Notes: a model not told the origin generated them from the letters alone. Counted from the first letter of the stretch, positions 1-11,384 are shown. The stretch is DNA of 64,000 bases from a virus (IMGVR_UViG_3300031998_000044:1-64000), one strand, 5' to 3'. Translations and numbers: made by a program.

Positions 1-3000
1 CTTAACCATTTTAATCTTTTCTTCTTTAAAATTGCTTCTGTTGCTTACATACATATCTTTCACTTGATTACTCAATTCTGCTGCGGTTGATGGGTCAAGT
101 CTTGAAGATGTACGTAATGAACCAATAAAGCGATAATCACCCTTATCATCTTTAACCATAAATACGACTTCGGGATATTGTTTACCGTCTCTTGAAAAAC
201 CTACAACACCTATACCTATATATACTGTATCATCTTTTTTAAGTTGTGCTTCTTTAACATAGTCAAATGCACCACTTGCTTTATATAGGTTGTAAATATA
301 TGAGAAATCTGCATCAGGATATTTTTTTTCTAATACTTCTAATGATGTTTTTGTTTTATCGTCTATACTATACTCAGATATTGAAGGACTGAAAACATCC
401 AATTGTGCTGCTCTATCTGCATCAGATTTTTCATCCAATTTCTTTAATACGTCAGTTGACTTACCGTCATTTATTACAGTTACATCAATAGGCGGATTTA
501 ATGATTGAGTAGTATCAACTATGAATCTTACTTCATCAGGGAGTTCACCTAACTCTGCTGCTCTTTGCTGCAAGTATTCTTGGTATGCTTCTTCATCTAA
601 CTCATCTGCTTGTTCTTGTTCAAGTCTTTGACGTTCTTCTTCGGATAATGATTCTTCATCTGCTCTCTGACGTAAATACTCTTGATAATCTTCTTCTGAC
701 AAAATTTCAGCAAGTTCTTCATCTGATATTGCATCAGTACCAAATATTTCTATTAACTCATCATTTGTAAGATTATCAATATCTGTTTCAGTTGTTTCTC
801 CTTCTTGTAGTCTGTTTTGTATTTCAGATACTTGCGCTTCCCATTCTTTATCTTGTGCCGCATAATGTGCTTCTACTGCATATCGAGCAATATCATTTTT
901 ATTTCGTCCACTTGCTATATCAATAATAATGTTTCTAATATCTTGTTGTTCAAGATTGAATGGCATTTCATCTTTTATCGCAGATACAATATCATCAATA
1001 GTACTACCATTTTTGGAAGCAATCTTTAAATCATCAATATCTTTCTTAGTATCATTGATAGATATATTTGAACCTGCAAGATAACGTGCAACGTATTCTT
1101 CGGCACTTACGGCATCATCAAGACCAGAAATTATTTGTTGAGCGTTTCCACCTTTTAATGCGTTTTTAGACGGTTTTTCGCCGTATAGATAGCGTAAATA
1201 TTTCGCTTTGGTTTTAACCTTTTTGCCGTCATATTCGATAGTTACGTTATCTCCATCGATTGCTTGTACAACAGCATTGTTAGTAATTGCATTGAAACTA
1301 CCACTTCTCATAATACCGTATTGGACAGTATCACCTACATTCAGGTTTGTATTATTTGTAGGTTGCTGTGTAGTTGTCGTAATATCAACATTTTCTTGAC
1401 GAATATCTGATTTGCCAATATCATTTGGATTAGTACCCATAAAGAAGTCGGCAACAGGTGCATTTAAGAATTGGTCAAGAGTAACTTTCTTAGCATCTTC
1501 GGCTTTCATACCGAAAACATTACGCAAAGTAAAATCTTTGAACTCTTTGAACCAATCAATAAGTTTCTGCCAAAAGTTCTTCTTGCTCTTTGTACGGTCT
1601 TTTGCTGCAAGTTCTATTGTTTTACCTGCTGCAATCATTCCTGAAAGACGGCTGTGAACTTCGCTTGCAACTTTATTTTCATCATCTTTTATATCAGCAT
1701 AATTCGGGTCATTGACAACTTTCTCCCATTCGGAAGTATCTTTCATCAATTCTACACCTCGTTTCCATAATTCGGGTGCTTCTTTTTGAACTACGCTATC
1801 CCAAATATGAGTATATTCGTGTACAGGTGTATCAAGACGGAACTTGTCTTTGTTTATTACTATACCACCATTTGTAGTATAACCGTAGATTTCACCGTCA
1901 TATTTTGATAGTTGTGTATAGTTATCTTTTTGACCTTTTATTTCTTCATCACTCTTAAACTCTACTTTGTCTCCAAAAATCTTTTTAAGATTGTTTTTAA
2001 GTTTATCGACAATAGTTTGTACTGTATTGCTATCGAGAACAACTTTCTTGCTGCCTAACTGTTCGTAGTTGTCTTTTACAAGTTGAACATATAACCTGAA
2101 AGTTTCTACGGTATTAAGCGATTGATGATATTCTGGATTGCGTTCTGCCATTGCTTGCAGGTTATCCATCATATTATCAAGTTCGCTCAACTGTTCTTCA
2201 AGTGTTTTTACGGCTCTTTTGCGTTTAACTTGCTGTATTTTACGTACTTCAACTTTTGGTTGTGAAGTTGATTGCACAACCACAGTAGGCTTAGTTTCTT
2301 CTTGTTTAACAGTTTCTTGTTTACCGTTCCAATCTTCTAATGAACTTTTTACTATTTGTACATCATCACCGTATATCTCTTTGATTACACCTTCAATACC
2401 TTTTTTCTTGTACAACGACTTAGAGAATTTTTGTTCGGTTGTATTACCGTTTTCGTCTTTGATTAAGATACGATTTCCACGTGCAGGTAATTTAACACGT
2501 AACATTTCGCCATCTTTATTCTCAAAGATATAATACTGAATTTCTGTACGTTGTTTATTTTTCGGTGTAGAGATTTCTTCGGCAGTTTCTGCAACTGTTT
2601 CTATGTCGGAAGTACTTTTAGTAAGACCGCTGTTCATTATTACATTTGAAGCAACAACAGTTGATAACAAATTATTTTTAAGATTGATATTGCCTTTCTC
2701 ATCAACTAATCCGTTATTACGGATAATCTGACTTACAATCTTCCTACGCTTTGTTCTATCCCTTTTTTCTGCATTTGTCAATACACGAGTATCAATCAGG
2801 AAATCAAGATTCCTAAAAGTAGTTAAATCAGCAACAGCATTAGTAGCCTTTGCTTTGTTCAAATCAATGTTCGGTTTGTCTTTGGTTGTAGGAATAAGAC
2901 CATTGGTAGTATGTTTAGCAATAACTCTACCTTGACGATTTATTACAAGATAATCATATTGTCCCTTATTCTTAATACATACTGCGTAATGCTGTTCTCC

Positions 3001-6000
3001 GTTGTAATCGCATTTAGCAAGATTACCTCTGTACACATTATTATTATAGAGATAATATCCTTCTGTTGATTTAGACAGTTCTTGGGACTTATCATCAATA
3101 GCAATATTGTCAAATACATCGTTGAAACATTCTGACTTATAACTATTATTTAGACTATTAGAAATCTTTTCAAGTTCCTTATTAATAGCCTTACGGACTT
3201 CTTTAAGTTCTTTTTCTGAAATCAGTCCAAGTAATTTGCTACGTTGTTCATCACTTATTGATTTCTCATTTTCTAATGCCTGTAACCTTGATATTTCTTC
3301 GTCTATATTCTTTTCGTCATACTGTACATTTATACGGTCTTTGATATTCTCATCAACCATATTCAATGCTTCGATTCTGTAATCATCTCGTAATTGCTCT
3401 AATTCAGTTGCAAATTCCTCATCAAATTCTTCACTGTTAAATGTCTTATCAATTAAGTCAACCGCCTTTTTTCTTAGTTCGTATTCTTCATCGGTTGACA
3501 AAACTTGACCTTCTTTATATGTAGCAATAAGTTTTTCTACACCTTTTATAATAGATTCCTTTTTAGAATCAATCTGTTTCCTTTGTGTTTGGTTATTGGC
3601 TTTTCCCTTCGATTCTTGAGCATTTTCTTCCAAAGACGATGTATCACCATTAGAAAGTTGTTCAAGCAATTTAGGTGCTTCTAATACTGCTTTAAATCTG
3701 CTTATTGCCTGATTAATAACTTGCGGTATTTCGTTTTTAGCAATATTTGCTGCCGTTACAGATTGTTCAGTATATTGATATGTGTTTTTGTTATACGGTA
3801 GGTCAGGATGGTTATTACGTAATGCGTTTAACCTATTTTGCTTTATAGTGTCGCTTACTTCTACTAATATTGGTTTTTCATCAACATCATTTATATTAAT
3901 TTTTTTGTCAAATATCTCATTAACAGTTTTCTTGCCTTCAATAAGTTTATTAAAGGTATTCATCGCTACTTGACGTTGAGCATCGTTCCAATCAGTTTTT
4001 GAACCAATAACATGATATACATAGTTAACCAAGTTGCGCATATCAACAAGGTTCTTGTATTTTGCGTTCTTCAAAACGTTTCTTATTGCAATCAAGCGTA
4101 ATTCGTCATACGGCGTATTACGCATTGCGTTGACTGCTCGTTGGAATAGTCCACGTTTATTGATATTTGCATTGATAATACCGTCAGTAATCTTCTTGGA
4201 TTCTTCTTCGAGATTGTTAAAGTTAATTGTTCCTTCGTCTAACTGTTTTTCGATTTCTTTCTGAATCTTTTCTACTGTCTCGCTATTTTCGTGTTCAAGT
4301 ATTTTTTGTTGTAACTCTGCACGATGTCCTGTAAATTGTGTCGGGTCGGCTATAAGTTTGTCAAGTGATTGTTCTGTCATTATTGCCCTACGAAACAACA
4401 TTGCGGCATCACGATAATCATCTGTAAAATCTTCTGCATTATCTGCTTTTGAAATATCTTTCATAAACTTATCAAAAGCACCATAGTACATAAGTTTTTC
4501 CAATGACATATCCCTTCCTTTAACTCTTTCGCCTTTTTCATCGAACAGACCTAAATCCTTTGCTAATTCTGGTAAAGATTCTGCAAAGTCAGAATATTTG
4601 TCAAACAATTTCTGAATACCTGTTTTATCATCATTATGATTTGAATTTGCTACTTGTAATGCTTCCATATCAGAAAGCAATTGCGATAATTCATTTGCCT
4701 TTGTAATCTCACTTGTAAGTATTTCAATATCTTTTTCAAGTGATTTTTGCATCTCTGATGCTTCAACAGGCTTGCCTTCTACTTTTGGTTGACGGCTTAA
4801 TTTATCTTTTTCTAATTTAAGTTCGTTCTTCTTTGTTTCTAAATCTCGTGTCTTAGATGCTACTAAACTTGTGAAATGGTCTTTGTATACACCAAGATTT
4901 TTAACAGATTCCGTTGAACCGATAATGCTATACGCACGGTTATACTTGTTCATAAGATTTGCCTTCTCCCAGGTAAATGCACCGAGTGTTTCAATATCTA
5001 ATACACCACCAGTTTGAGAATCAATCTCGTTCATTGTGCTCTGGTACAGATTTATATCTTTCTGCAATTTGTCTATACGGTCATTAATCTTCTTCCGTAT
5101 GTCCATTCTTGCTTGTTCTGTATTACCTTTATAGTTGCCGTTAATGTCAACAAAATCTCCTGTTTTTTTAGTCTTGATTTTACCTGATTTTGTTTTAACT
5201 TTAACATCCTCACACATCTGCATACAAACTTTTTCAAGTTCGTCATCAGTAAGATTACGCATAGAATCTAAGTGTGCTCTTAACAAATCAAGTTTACCTG
5301 CGTTACTCATCATCGTTATGTCGCTAACGAACTGAGCGAAATCTGCGTTCTCGTAATCCATTTTGCTATCTTGCGTTACAGCATAGTTTTTTGAATTATC
5401 GAGTGCTTTATGTCGAATAAGACCTGTAATGTAATTTTGTGCTTCTTCTGAATTTAATTGTTTGTTGATTTGCTCTGCAATATATGCGTTAGTACTGTTT
5501 TGCGCATTGATACTTGCTATTTGTTCACCAAGTGTACTTAATTTGAATTTCAATTTTCCATCAGTACCTCGTGTAAAATGTGGACTAAGTACACCGCCAA
5601 TAGCACCTGAGAAAAATTGTCTCCATTGCTGTGGGTCGGTATATACTTTGTTCAGAGATTTTGCGAATTGTCCATACGAAAACCAAGTATCGTTGATATT
5701 TTGCAAAATATCTTCATAAGCCATACCGCTTTCAGCAAGTGCTTCATAATTTAGCATATCCTGTTCTGCTATTCCAGTAGAATATTCACTTGCAACAGAT
5801 TGGTTCATTTCCTCAAAACCTTCTTTTGCAAGATTATATACTGTATGAAATGCAGGTGATTTGCTTTTTGCAGCAGCTTCTACTGTTACAGCTTTTTCGA
5901 TATATTTGTTTTCATCATATACTAACTTTCCATTTTTATCTTTTACGTATGTATGATAATTGGGATTTTTGACTTTGATTTTACCGTCTTTAATTGCTTT

Positions 6001-7140
6001 ACTTGCTGCACGATTAGAAACATTCTTGCGCAATATTTCTTTTGATTCTTTATCAACAATATTTGTTGAAACATCTGCAAATCTCTTACTTAGGTTATAT
6101 CCTGTAAATGCCTTACCAAATGTTGTAAAGTTTGTGCCACCTACAATTACAAGAGTAGCCATAAATGTCATATCTCCGACTTTATCGGCTTCACGTTCGA
6201 TAAATTGTTGCTTTTGCTGCCTTTCTGCTTTAAGTTCTTGTGACTTATTGAAATAATCATTAAAGTCCATCGAACGACGTGCGGCATTTTCATCTCCGTT
6301 ATATTTTTCATTTACTACCTGTCGCCATTCATAATCAAGTTCTTGCTGCTTTTGTCTAAACTCATCATCTGCAACTTGTTCTTGATATTTAACGAAATCA
6401 CGTTTGTTTTGCAGTGCCTCGATTGTTGATTCGCCTATTGCTGCATAAGTGCCTAAAACAAGGTCCTTTGCTGCATTGCCTGTACGTATTGCCTTACCTG
6501 TTTTAAGAAAGTTAGATAGCAATTTAGTACCTTTAATCGCTTGTCCAGGCACTTTCATAAATGCACCTGGAACTAACATTGATAAACCTGTTCCAACTTG
6601 GAAACCTGCATTTTGAAGAATAACTTTACCGATAAAGTTACCCCAAAAGTCAAGACCATATCCTTCATATTGAGATGAATAATGCGGCATTTGTTCGTCA
6701 CACCATTCGTTGAAGTCTTGCATTGCATTAGTAAAGTCGTTATCCCAAACTTTACTTGCATCACCATTAACAACTGCAGAACCTACTCCCCAAAGAAAAC
6801 CTACTGTATTATCAAGGAATGTGCTTGCTGCTGTTGTATATAGTTTTGTTGCACCAAGACCTACTTTTTCTACGAACCCTTGGTCTGCGGCTCTCATTTC
6901 ATTGAGGTCGCCAGATTTATAATTTGGATTAAACGAAGTATTATCGTGTGATGATTGTCCAAAACTTCCCCAATCATTTTCAAGAGTTTCTGTATCACTG
7001 AAAGATTTATCAGAAAGCATATGACCTGTTTTCTGATTCCAATCTATGTAATTATGAGTTTGTTGATTGATATTTTTCGCTTGTTCTAAAATATCAATTG
7101 TTGTTGCATTCTCTGAATTATCATTAATTTTCTTCGCCAT
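1..7140 (-). CDS. Giant crAss-like virion cargo/ejection protein (>2380 aa, 3'-truncated by window edge) with zincin-like metallopeptidase motif
   Basis: Missing from the ORF track because it has no stop in the window. ATG at 7140 (MAKKINDNSE...), overlapping the end of the 697-aa ORF. Spot translations at 1-60, 541-600, 1650-1900 and 6500-7140 are open in the same frame. HEYTH at 1807-1821 is followed by SEVHSR. Position after two cargo genes matches the crAss giant-protein block. No RNAP DxDxD motif noticed in the parts read. Confidence 0.85.
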   Translation of the reverse strand, partial: MAKKINDNSENATTIDILEQAKNINQQTHNYIDWNQKTGHMLSDKSFSDTETLENDWGSFGQSSHDNTSFNPNYKSGDLNEMRAADQGFVEKVGLGATKLYTTAASTFLDNTVGFLWGVGSAVVNGDASKVWDNDFTNAMQDFNEWCDEQMPHYSSQYEGYGLDFWGNFIGKVILQNAGFQVGTGLSMLVPGAFMKVPGQAIKGTKLLSNFLKTGKAIRTGNAAKDLVLGTYAAIGESTIEALQNKRDFVKYQEQVADDEFRQKQQELDYEWRQVVNEKYNGDENAARRSMDFNDYFNKSQELKAERQQKQQFIEREADKVGDMTFMATLVIVGGTNFTTFGKAFTGYNLSKRFADVSTNIVDKESKEILRKNVSNRAASKAIKDGKIKVKNPNYHTYVKDKNGKLVYDENKYIEKAVTVEAAAKSKSPAFHTVYNLAKEGFEEMNQSVASEYSTGIAEQDMLNYEALAESGMAYEDILQNINDTWFSYGQFAKSLNKVYTDPQQWRQFFSGAIGGVLSPHFTRGTDGKLKFKLSTLGEQIASINAQNSTNAYIAEQINKQLNSEEAQNYITGLIRHKALDNSKNYAVTQDSKMDYENADFAQFVSDITMMSNAGKLDLLRAHLDSMRNLTDDELEKVCMQMCEDVKVKTKSGKIKTKKTGDFVDINGNYKGNTEQARMDIRKKINDRIDKLQKDINLYQSTMNEIDSQTGGVLDIETLGAFTWEKANLMNKYNRAYSIIGSTESVKNLGVYKDHFTSLVASKTRDLETKKNELKLEKDKLSRQPKVEGKPVEASEMQKSLEKDIEILTSEITKANELSQLLSDMEALQVANSNHNDDKTGIQKLFDKYSDFAESLPELAKDLGLFDEKGERVKGRDMSLEKLMYYGAFDKFMKDISKADNAEDFTDDYRDAAMLFRRAIMTEQSLDKLIADPTQFTGHRAELQQKILEHENSETVEKIQKEIEKQLDEGTINFNNLEEESKKITDGIINANINKRGLFQRAVNAMRNTPYDELRLIAIRNVLKNAKYKNLVDMRNLVNYVYHVIGSKTDWNDAQRQVAMNTFNKLIEGKKTVNEIFDKKININDVDEKPILVEVSDTIKQNRLNALRNNHPDLPYNKNTYQYTEQSVTAANIAKNEIPQVINQAISRFKAVLEAPKLLEQLSNGDTSSLEENAQESKGKANNQTQRKQIDSKKESIIKGVEKLIATYKEGQVLSTDEEYELRKKAVDLIDKTFNSEEFDEEFATELEQLRDDYRIEALNMVDENIKDRINVQYDEKNIDEEISRLQALENEKSISDEQRSKLLGLISEKELKEVRKAINKELEKISNSLNNSYKSECFNDVFDNIAIDDKSQELSKSTEGYYLYNNNVYRGNLAKCDYNGEQHYAVCIKNKGQYDYLVINRQGRVIAKHTTNGLIPTTKDKPNIDLNKAKATNAVADLTTFRNLDFLIDTRVLTNAEKRDRTKRRKIVSQIIRNNGLVDEKGNINLKNNLLSTVVASNVIMNSGLTKSTSDIETVAETAEEISTPKNKQRTEIQYYIFENKDGEMLRVKLPARGNRILIKDENGNTTEQKFSKSLYKKKGIEGVIKEIYGDDVQIVKSSLEDWNGKQETVKQEETKPTVVVQSTSQPKVEVRKIQQVKRKRAVKTLEEQLSELDNMMDNLQAMAERNPEYHQSLNTVETFRLYVQLVKDNYEQLGSKKVVLDSNTVQTIVDKLKNNLKKIFGDKVEFKSDEEIKGQKDNYTQLSKYDGEIYGYTTNGGIVINKDKFRLDTPVHEYTHIWDSVVQKEAPELWKRGVELMKDTSEWEKVVNDPNYADIKDDENKVASEVHSRLSGMIAAGKTIELAAKDRTKSKKNFWQKLIDWFKEFKDFTLRNVFGMKAEDAKKVTLDQFLNAPVADFFMGTNPNDIGKSDIRQENVDITTTTQQPTNNTNLNVGDTVQYGIMRSGSFNAITNNAVVQAIDGDNVTIEYDGKKVKTKAKYLRYLYGEKPSKNALKGGNAQQIISGLDDAVSAEEYVARYLAGSNISINDTKKDIDDLKIASKNGSTIDDIVSAIKDEMPFNLEQQDIRNIIIDIASGRNKNDIARYAVEAHYAAQDKEWEAQVSEIQNRLQEGETTETDIDNLTNDELIEIFGTDAISDEELAEILSEEDYQEYLRQRADEESLSEEERQRLEQEQADELDEEAYQEYLQQRAAELGELPDEVRFIVDTTQSLNPPIDVTVINDGKSTDVLKKLDEKSDADRAAQLDVFSPSISEYSIDDKTKTSLEVLEKKYPDADFSYIYNLYKASGAFDYVKEAQLKKDDTVYIGIGVVGFSRDGKQYPEVVFMVKDDKGDYRFIGSLRTSSRLDPSTAAELSNQVKDMYVSNRSNFKEEKIKMVK

Positions 7141-9217
7141 TGCTTTCTTCAACTTCTTGTTTTGGTTTATTGTATTGTTTGTTTTTATATTTTACAGGTT
7201 CTAATGTTGAAATATCAGCATCAAAAATATCTTTAAATTGATTGTTAGACTTTATTTGACCTCTTTCTGATGTTTTTCTTAATATTTGTTTTTTCAAGAA
7301 ATCTTGTTGTAGTTTTCCTATTCTGATTTGTTCGTTAATCTCATCAATAAGTTCTGCATCATTGGTTACGCCAAGTTGTTCTTTTAATGCATCAATCATA
7401 ATTTTTGACCGTTGTTGAGCCTTATATATTTCTGCTGTTTCTGCCGAATTTTTTGCAGACGAAAAAGCAGATAATGGGAAAAATATTGGCTCATCCCAAG
7501 CAGTAGAACAAAATGCTACTTGGAAAATATCACCTTTAACATTTCCATATTGGTCTGTAGATGTCATAGGTGCATATACAAGTTGGAATAACATACCTTT
7601 TTGTTTAGCACCTGGAGCATCATAAAATTCATCAAGTGTAGAATTGTCAACAATATCGGTAAATGAATATTCTCCTGTATATGGATTATATTTTAATCCA
7701 GTATGCGCACCTGTATATTTACCAGATTTTGCTCTATTTCTTGTCATTTCAAGAACTCCACCTGTTTGGTCTCCTGGTATAATTAATTCATATGTAGGTT
7801 GTGCTACTGCTTTCTTCATATTTGAAATTTCCTTAGATGCTTGTTCAAGTATAGGCTTTATGAAAGCACCATTCTTTATAGCATTCTTTTGTGCTTCTGT
7901 TAAATAGAAATTCTTAGCAAGATTATTTACATAATCATCATATTCTTTTTGTTTTTTATCATCTAATTTAGGAGTTACAACAACTTCTTCTGATTTAACG
8001 TTACCTGAATGGTTAGCTCCTGTAACTACTGTTTTGTAATATATAGGATTGCCCTTTTCGTCTTTTATAATATTTCCTTTGTCATCTGTTTTAGTATGAT
8101 ATTCGCCACTTTTAACTCTGAAATCGAATTGTTGTTGAGCATATTCTTGAGGTGTAGAAAGTCTTTGTGCATATCCATCTACTGTTTTAACTTGTGTTAC
8201 ACAATAATTTGTTGGTAATGACAAATCTTCTATTAATCTATTTCTTTTTCTATCACTACTTTCATCTTCAAATGATGAAGCAACTCCTATCTCATTTTCA
8301 TTAAAATCAGTCGGGTCTACTTTTTCTGTTTTTGGTGCTATTGTTACATTTGTTTTAGATGCACCTCTTGCTCTCATTTCAGGAGTATCTTTAAATTGAT
8401 TTGTTTCTTTATACGACAAACCTTCATCAATACCGTTAATATATGATTGAATAAGTTTTCTTCTATCTTCTTCTGAATAATTCTCGATTCCTCTACGATT
8501 AAGTTCATCTCGCATATTACGAATGAAATCGGCAGGATTACCTTCTGGATTATCATCATTAAGATTATAACTATTATCAATAATATTTTCGGTTTGATTA
8601 AGTAAATTATTTATAATTTTATAGGAATCAGCATTGTTATATCCTTCTTTTTCAAGAGCGTGATAATAATTATTACCTAATGCTCTGACAGCATCCGCTA
8701 TATTATTACTGTAATTTCTTTTCGATGCTGCCGCAGCAAAGTTCTTAGCAGACTTTTGCACTTCATCAAGGTCTTGGAAAACGAAACCTTTTTTACCTTG
8801 TAGATAATCATCAACTGATTTTTCGTCAGCATTTTGACCAGCACCAAAAACAACTTGACCGTTAGACTGCTGATACAATTTATGTTGTTCAGCTCTTTCT
8901 GTTTCTCTATTCTTAACTGCATCAAGAACGTTAGCAATATTCTGATTATAATTACGATGAAGATTAAGTAATCTTGCTCCGTTGTTACGTGTCAACCCAT
9001 TTTTGGCAAAATCATCTACATTTGTATTAAATTCCTTTTTAAAGTTATTATACAAATTATATGATGCTGCATCTCTTGTCGGGTCAAGATAATAATCAAG
9101 TATTTCGGATTGGCTTGACATATTTGCCATATCCGCTAACGTATCATTATGTACCTTTTGAACCTCTCTTAGAGGTTTCATATATGCATCGTAATCTACT
9201 CTTTCAATGAGTGCCAT
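7124..9217 (-). CDS. Putative virion cargo/internal protein (697 aa)
   Basis: Long ORF coupled between the 453-aa ORF and the giant gene, as in crAss-like cargo operons; function inferred from synteny. Confidence 0.6.
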   Translation of the reverse strand: MALIERVDYDAYMKPLREVQKVHNDTLADMANMSSQSEILDYYLDPTRDAASYNLYNNFKKEFNTNVDDFAKNGLTRNNGARLLNLHRNYNQNIANVLDAVKNRETERAEQHKLYQQSNGQVVFGAGQNADEKSVDDYLQGKKGFVFQDLDEVQKSAKNFAAAASKRNYSNNIADAVRALGNNYYHALEKEGYNNADSYKIINNLLNQTENIIDNSYNLNDDNPEGNPADFIRNMRDELNRRGIENYSEEDRRKLIQSYINGIDEGLSYKETNQFKDTPEMRARGASKTNVTIAPKTEKVDPTDFNENEIGVASSFEDESSDRKRNRLIEDLSLPTNYCVTQVKTVDGYAQRLSTPQEYAQQQFDFRVKSGEYHTKTDDKGNIIKDEKGNPIYYKTVVTGANHSGNVKSEEVVVTPKLDDKKQKEYDDYVNNLAKNFYLTEAQKNAIKNGAFIKPILEQASKEISNMKKAVAQPTYELIIPGDQTGGVLEMTRNRAKSGKYTGAHTGLKYNPYTGEYSFTDIVDNSTLDEFYDAPGAKQKGMLFQLVYAPMTSTDQYGNVKGDIFQVAFCSTAWDEPIFFPLSAFSSAKNSAETAEIYKAQQRSKIMIDALKEQLGVTNDAELIDEINEQIRIGKLQQDFLKKQILRKTSERGQIKSNNQFKDIFDADISTLEPVKYKNKQYNKPKQEVEESNGEEN

Positions 9218-10557
9218 TAGCCTACAACTATTTGTCCGTTATTATTATTCTTAATTAAATTCAATATATAGTTCTTCTTTTCTATATCTGACATTTTATC
9301 AAATTCTGCTTTTGCATTATCATCCAAACTATTATAAATTGAATCATACATATCTTTATAATTATTTGCTGTACTTAAATCTTCGCCGTTCCAACGATGA
9401 CCTGTTGCACCTTGTTTGTGATGCAATTGACCAAAATCATCACGCCAATAATCATTAGCCATATTACTATTCGCAGTAACAGCATCAAACGCATTTTGAC
9501 CAAATCTACCAAGGTTAGTAACAATTTCGTCTCGTTTTTTGTCAAGTTCTCGGTTATATTGCTGTTGCATATTGTATTTCTGTTGTGCATAATTTGATAA
9601 TGCATTATAACCAAGTTGCTTATCTGCTGCACGTTGAGCGTTAAGAGTATTGATATAATTTTGTTCTGCATTATTTTCAGCTGTAGCATTAGCTTCGTCT
9701 GCTCGTCTGTTTTCTTGTGCAACTGCCATACGGTTTGCTTCATTAGCTTTCCAAGCTTCTAATGCTGCTTTACCTATTCTTTGTGATGTGTTAGAGAGCA
9801 AATTGGAAATATGGCTCATTAACATATTCATATTTCCACTGCCTTGCCGAGATGCAAGATTTTGTGCTGTTGCAGTTTGACTACTTATCTGATTTGCGAC
9901 AGGAAGATAATCATATATATTGTTTTTCAATCTTCCCATAATGTGCATAGGATTTGCTCTTGTTACAGGAGTTTGTCGCATTGCATAATTTTTAGCATTT
10001 TCTATTCCTGAATAATCAGGAGTATTTTGTTTCTTTTGATAATATCCGAAAATGCTATCATATAAAGGAGCATTTTTTAATGTCGATTTAGCCTTATCTA
10101 AAGCCATTGAAATATTATAGAACAAATCACCTTGTTCACTATTTGTATCTTTATCTCTGTTATTGAACACTCTGCGTAATAGAGATGATTTCTGTCCATT
10201 ATCACTTTCTTTAGGATTTTTTAAAGATTTAGTCTTAACTCCATAAACAGGTGTTGTTGCTCTCATATTGACAGAATAGTCATACGGATTATTGTTTCTT
10301 GCAATCTGATAATTATTAGCCCATTCATTTTCCTCATCGAAATCATTAAGTTTACGTGAGTAGTTGAATGGCATTTGCATCATTGCAAAATCATACCTGC
10401 TATTTCTATTTACAGGTGTCATTTGCGACATTGCGTAAGAATTTCTTGAGTTATTATAATTCGGATAATAATCAAACATACCTGCATTTTTCATCGCTTG
10501 ATAATACGGATTATTTGGCTCATTACCGAAAAATTTATATTTGTTATTTCCTGCCAT
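9217..10557 (-). CDS. Putative virion cargo protein, N/Q/A-rich coiled coil
   Basis: ORF track gives 9217..10578. The start at 10557 (MAGNNKYKFFG) is preferred because the predicted leftward -7 element is at 10576-10583. The helical C-terminal half resembles crAss cargo proteins. Confidence 0.6.
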   Translation of the reverse strand: MAGNNKYKFFGNEPNNPYYQAMKNAGMFDYYPNYNNSRNSYAMSQMTPVNRNSRYDFAMMQMPFNYSRKLNDFDEENEWANNYQIARNNNPYDYSVNMRATTPVYGVKTKSLKNPKESDNGQKSSLLRRVFNNRDKDTNSEQGDLFYNISMALDKAKSTLKNAPLYDSIFGYYQKKQNTPDYSGIENAKNYAMRQTPVTRANPMHIMGRLKNNIYDYLPVANQISSQTATAQNLASRQGSGNMNMLMSHISNLLSNTSQRIGKAALEAWKANEANRMAVAQENRRADEANATAENNAEQNYINTLNAQRAADKQLGYNALSNYAQQKYNMQQQYNRELDKKRDEIVTNLGRFGQNAFDAVTANSNMANDYWRDDFGQLHHKQGATGHRWNGEDLSTANNYKDMYDSIYNSLDDNAKAEFDKMSDIEKKNYILNLIKNNNNGQIVVG

Positions 10558-10575
10558 AACTTTATGTATTTCCCA

Positions 10576-10662
10576 CAAAAATCGATATTTATTAAATCTA
10601 TTACAATATCCTTATGTATTTTGTAAGAATATATTACAGAATTGTTTTGTGTCTTTATATTG
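10576..10662. promoter_or_regulatory. Divergent promoter: central palindrome CTTATG-N5-TGTAAG (10611-10627) with -7-like elements 27 nt away on both sides
   Basis: Minus-strand GATTTTTG at 10583-10576 and plus-strand TTATATTG at 10655-10662, each separated from the palindrome by 27 nt. Lies between divergent cargo and tail operons. Confidence 0.6.
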
Positions 10663-10691
10663 TCATTATCATACTTTATTTTTGTTGCATT

Positions 10692-11384
10692 ATGATACAA
10701 GAGTACAATTACATATCAATAAATGAAATAGTAGCAAGATGCAAACGGCATCCTTACCTTGCTGATATTTCCTTTGAGAAAGTAGTACAATATGTGCTTG
10801 ACTTTTTCAGGTTAGTTGGTCTACCAAAAATGTTCCTTGATAAAGACGAAATTATCGAAATAAAAGATTACAAAGGATTGTTGCCTTGTGATTTGATTCA
10901 AATTATACAAATACGTGATTTGAAATCAAAATTGTGTTTAAGAAGTATGACAGATTCATTTTTACCTAAGTGTCGACACGAGCGTTCAGATTTGAGTTTT
11001 AAAACACAAGGCAATATCCTTGTAGTATCATTTAGGCATGGTAAGGTAGAAATTGCTTATAAAGCATTGCCTATTGATAAAGACGGTTATCCTATGATAC
11101 TGGATAATCCTGTTTTCCTTAGAGCATTAGAATTGTTCATTCAAAAAGAAGAGTTTGCTATATTGTTCGATTTATCGCAAATTCCTCAAGTAGTTTATAA
11201 TGAAAAGAAACAGCAATATGCGTTAGCGGTAGCAGCGTTAGGAAGTGAACTTACATTACCGAGCGTTTCAGAAATGGAAACTATCGGTAGAATGTGGAAT
11301 ACGCTTATTCAAAGAACTACGGACTTTGATAGTGCATTCAAACATTTAGGAGATAGAGAATATTTAAGAGTTTTAAAACCATGA
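10692..11384 (+). CDS. crAss-like tail ring/tubular protein
   Basis: MIQEYNYISINEIVARCKRHP...GLLPCDLIQI...ALPIDKDGYP resembles crAss ring proteins; ORF track start 10614, likely ATG 10692. Confidence 0.65.
   Translation: MIQEYNYISINEIVARCKRHPYLADISFEKVVQYVLDFFRLVGLPKMFLDKDEIIEIKDYKGLLPCDLIQIIQIRDLKSKLCLRSMTDSFLPKCRHERSDLSFKTQGNILVVSFRHGKVEIAYKALPIDKDGYPMILDNPVFLRALELFIQKEEFAILFDLSQIPQVVYNEKKQQYALAVAALGSELTLPSVSEMETIGRMWNTLIQRTTDFDSAFKHLGDREYLRVLKP

Noticed and set aside
585-6922. Short plus-strand ORFs in the track across 0.6-6.9 kb, and similar antisense ORFs elsewhere
   Set aside because: They are antisense shadows of long genes, with hydrophobic low-complexity translations typical of reverse frames.
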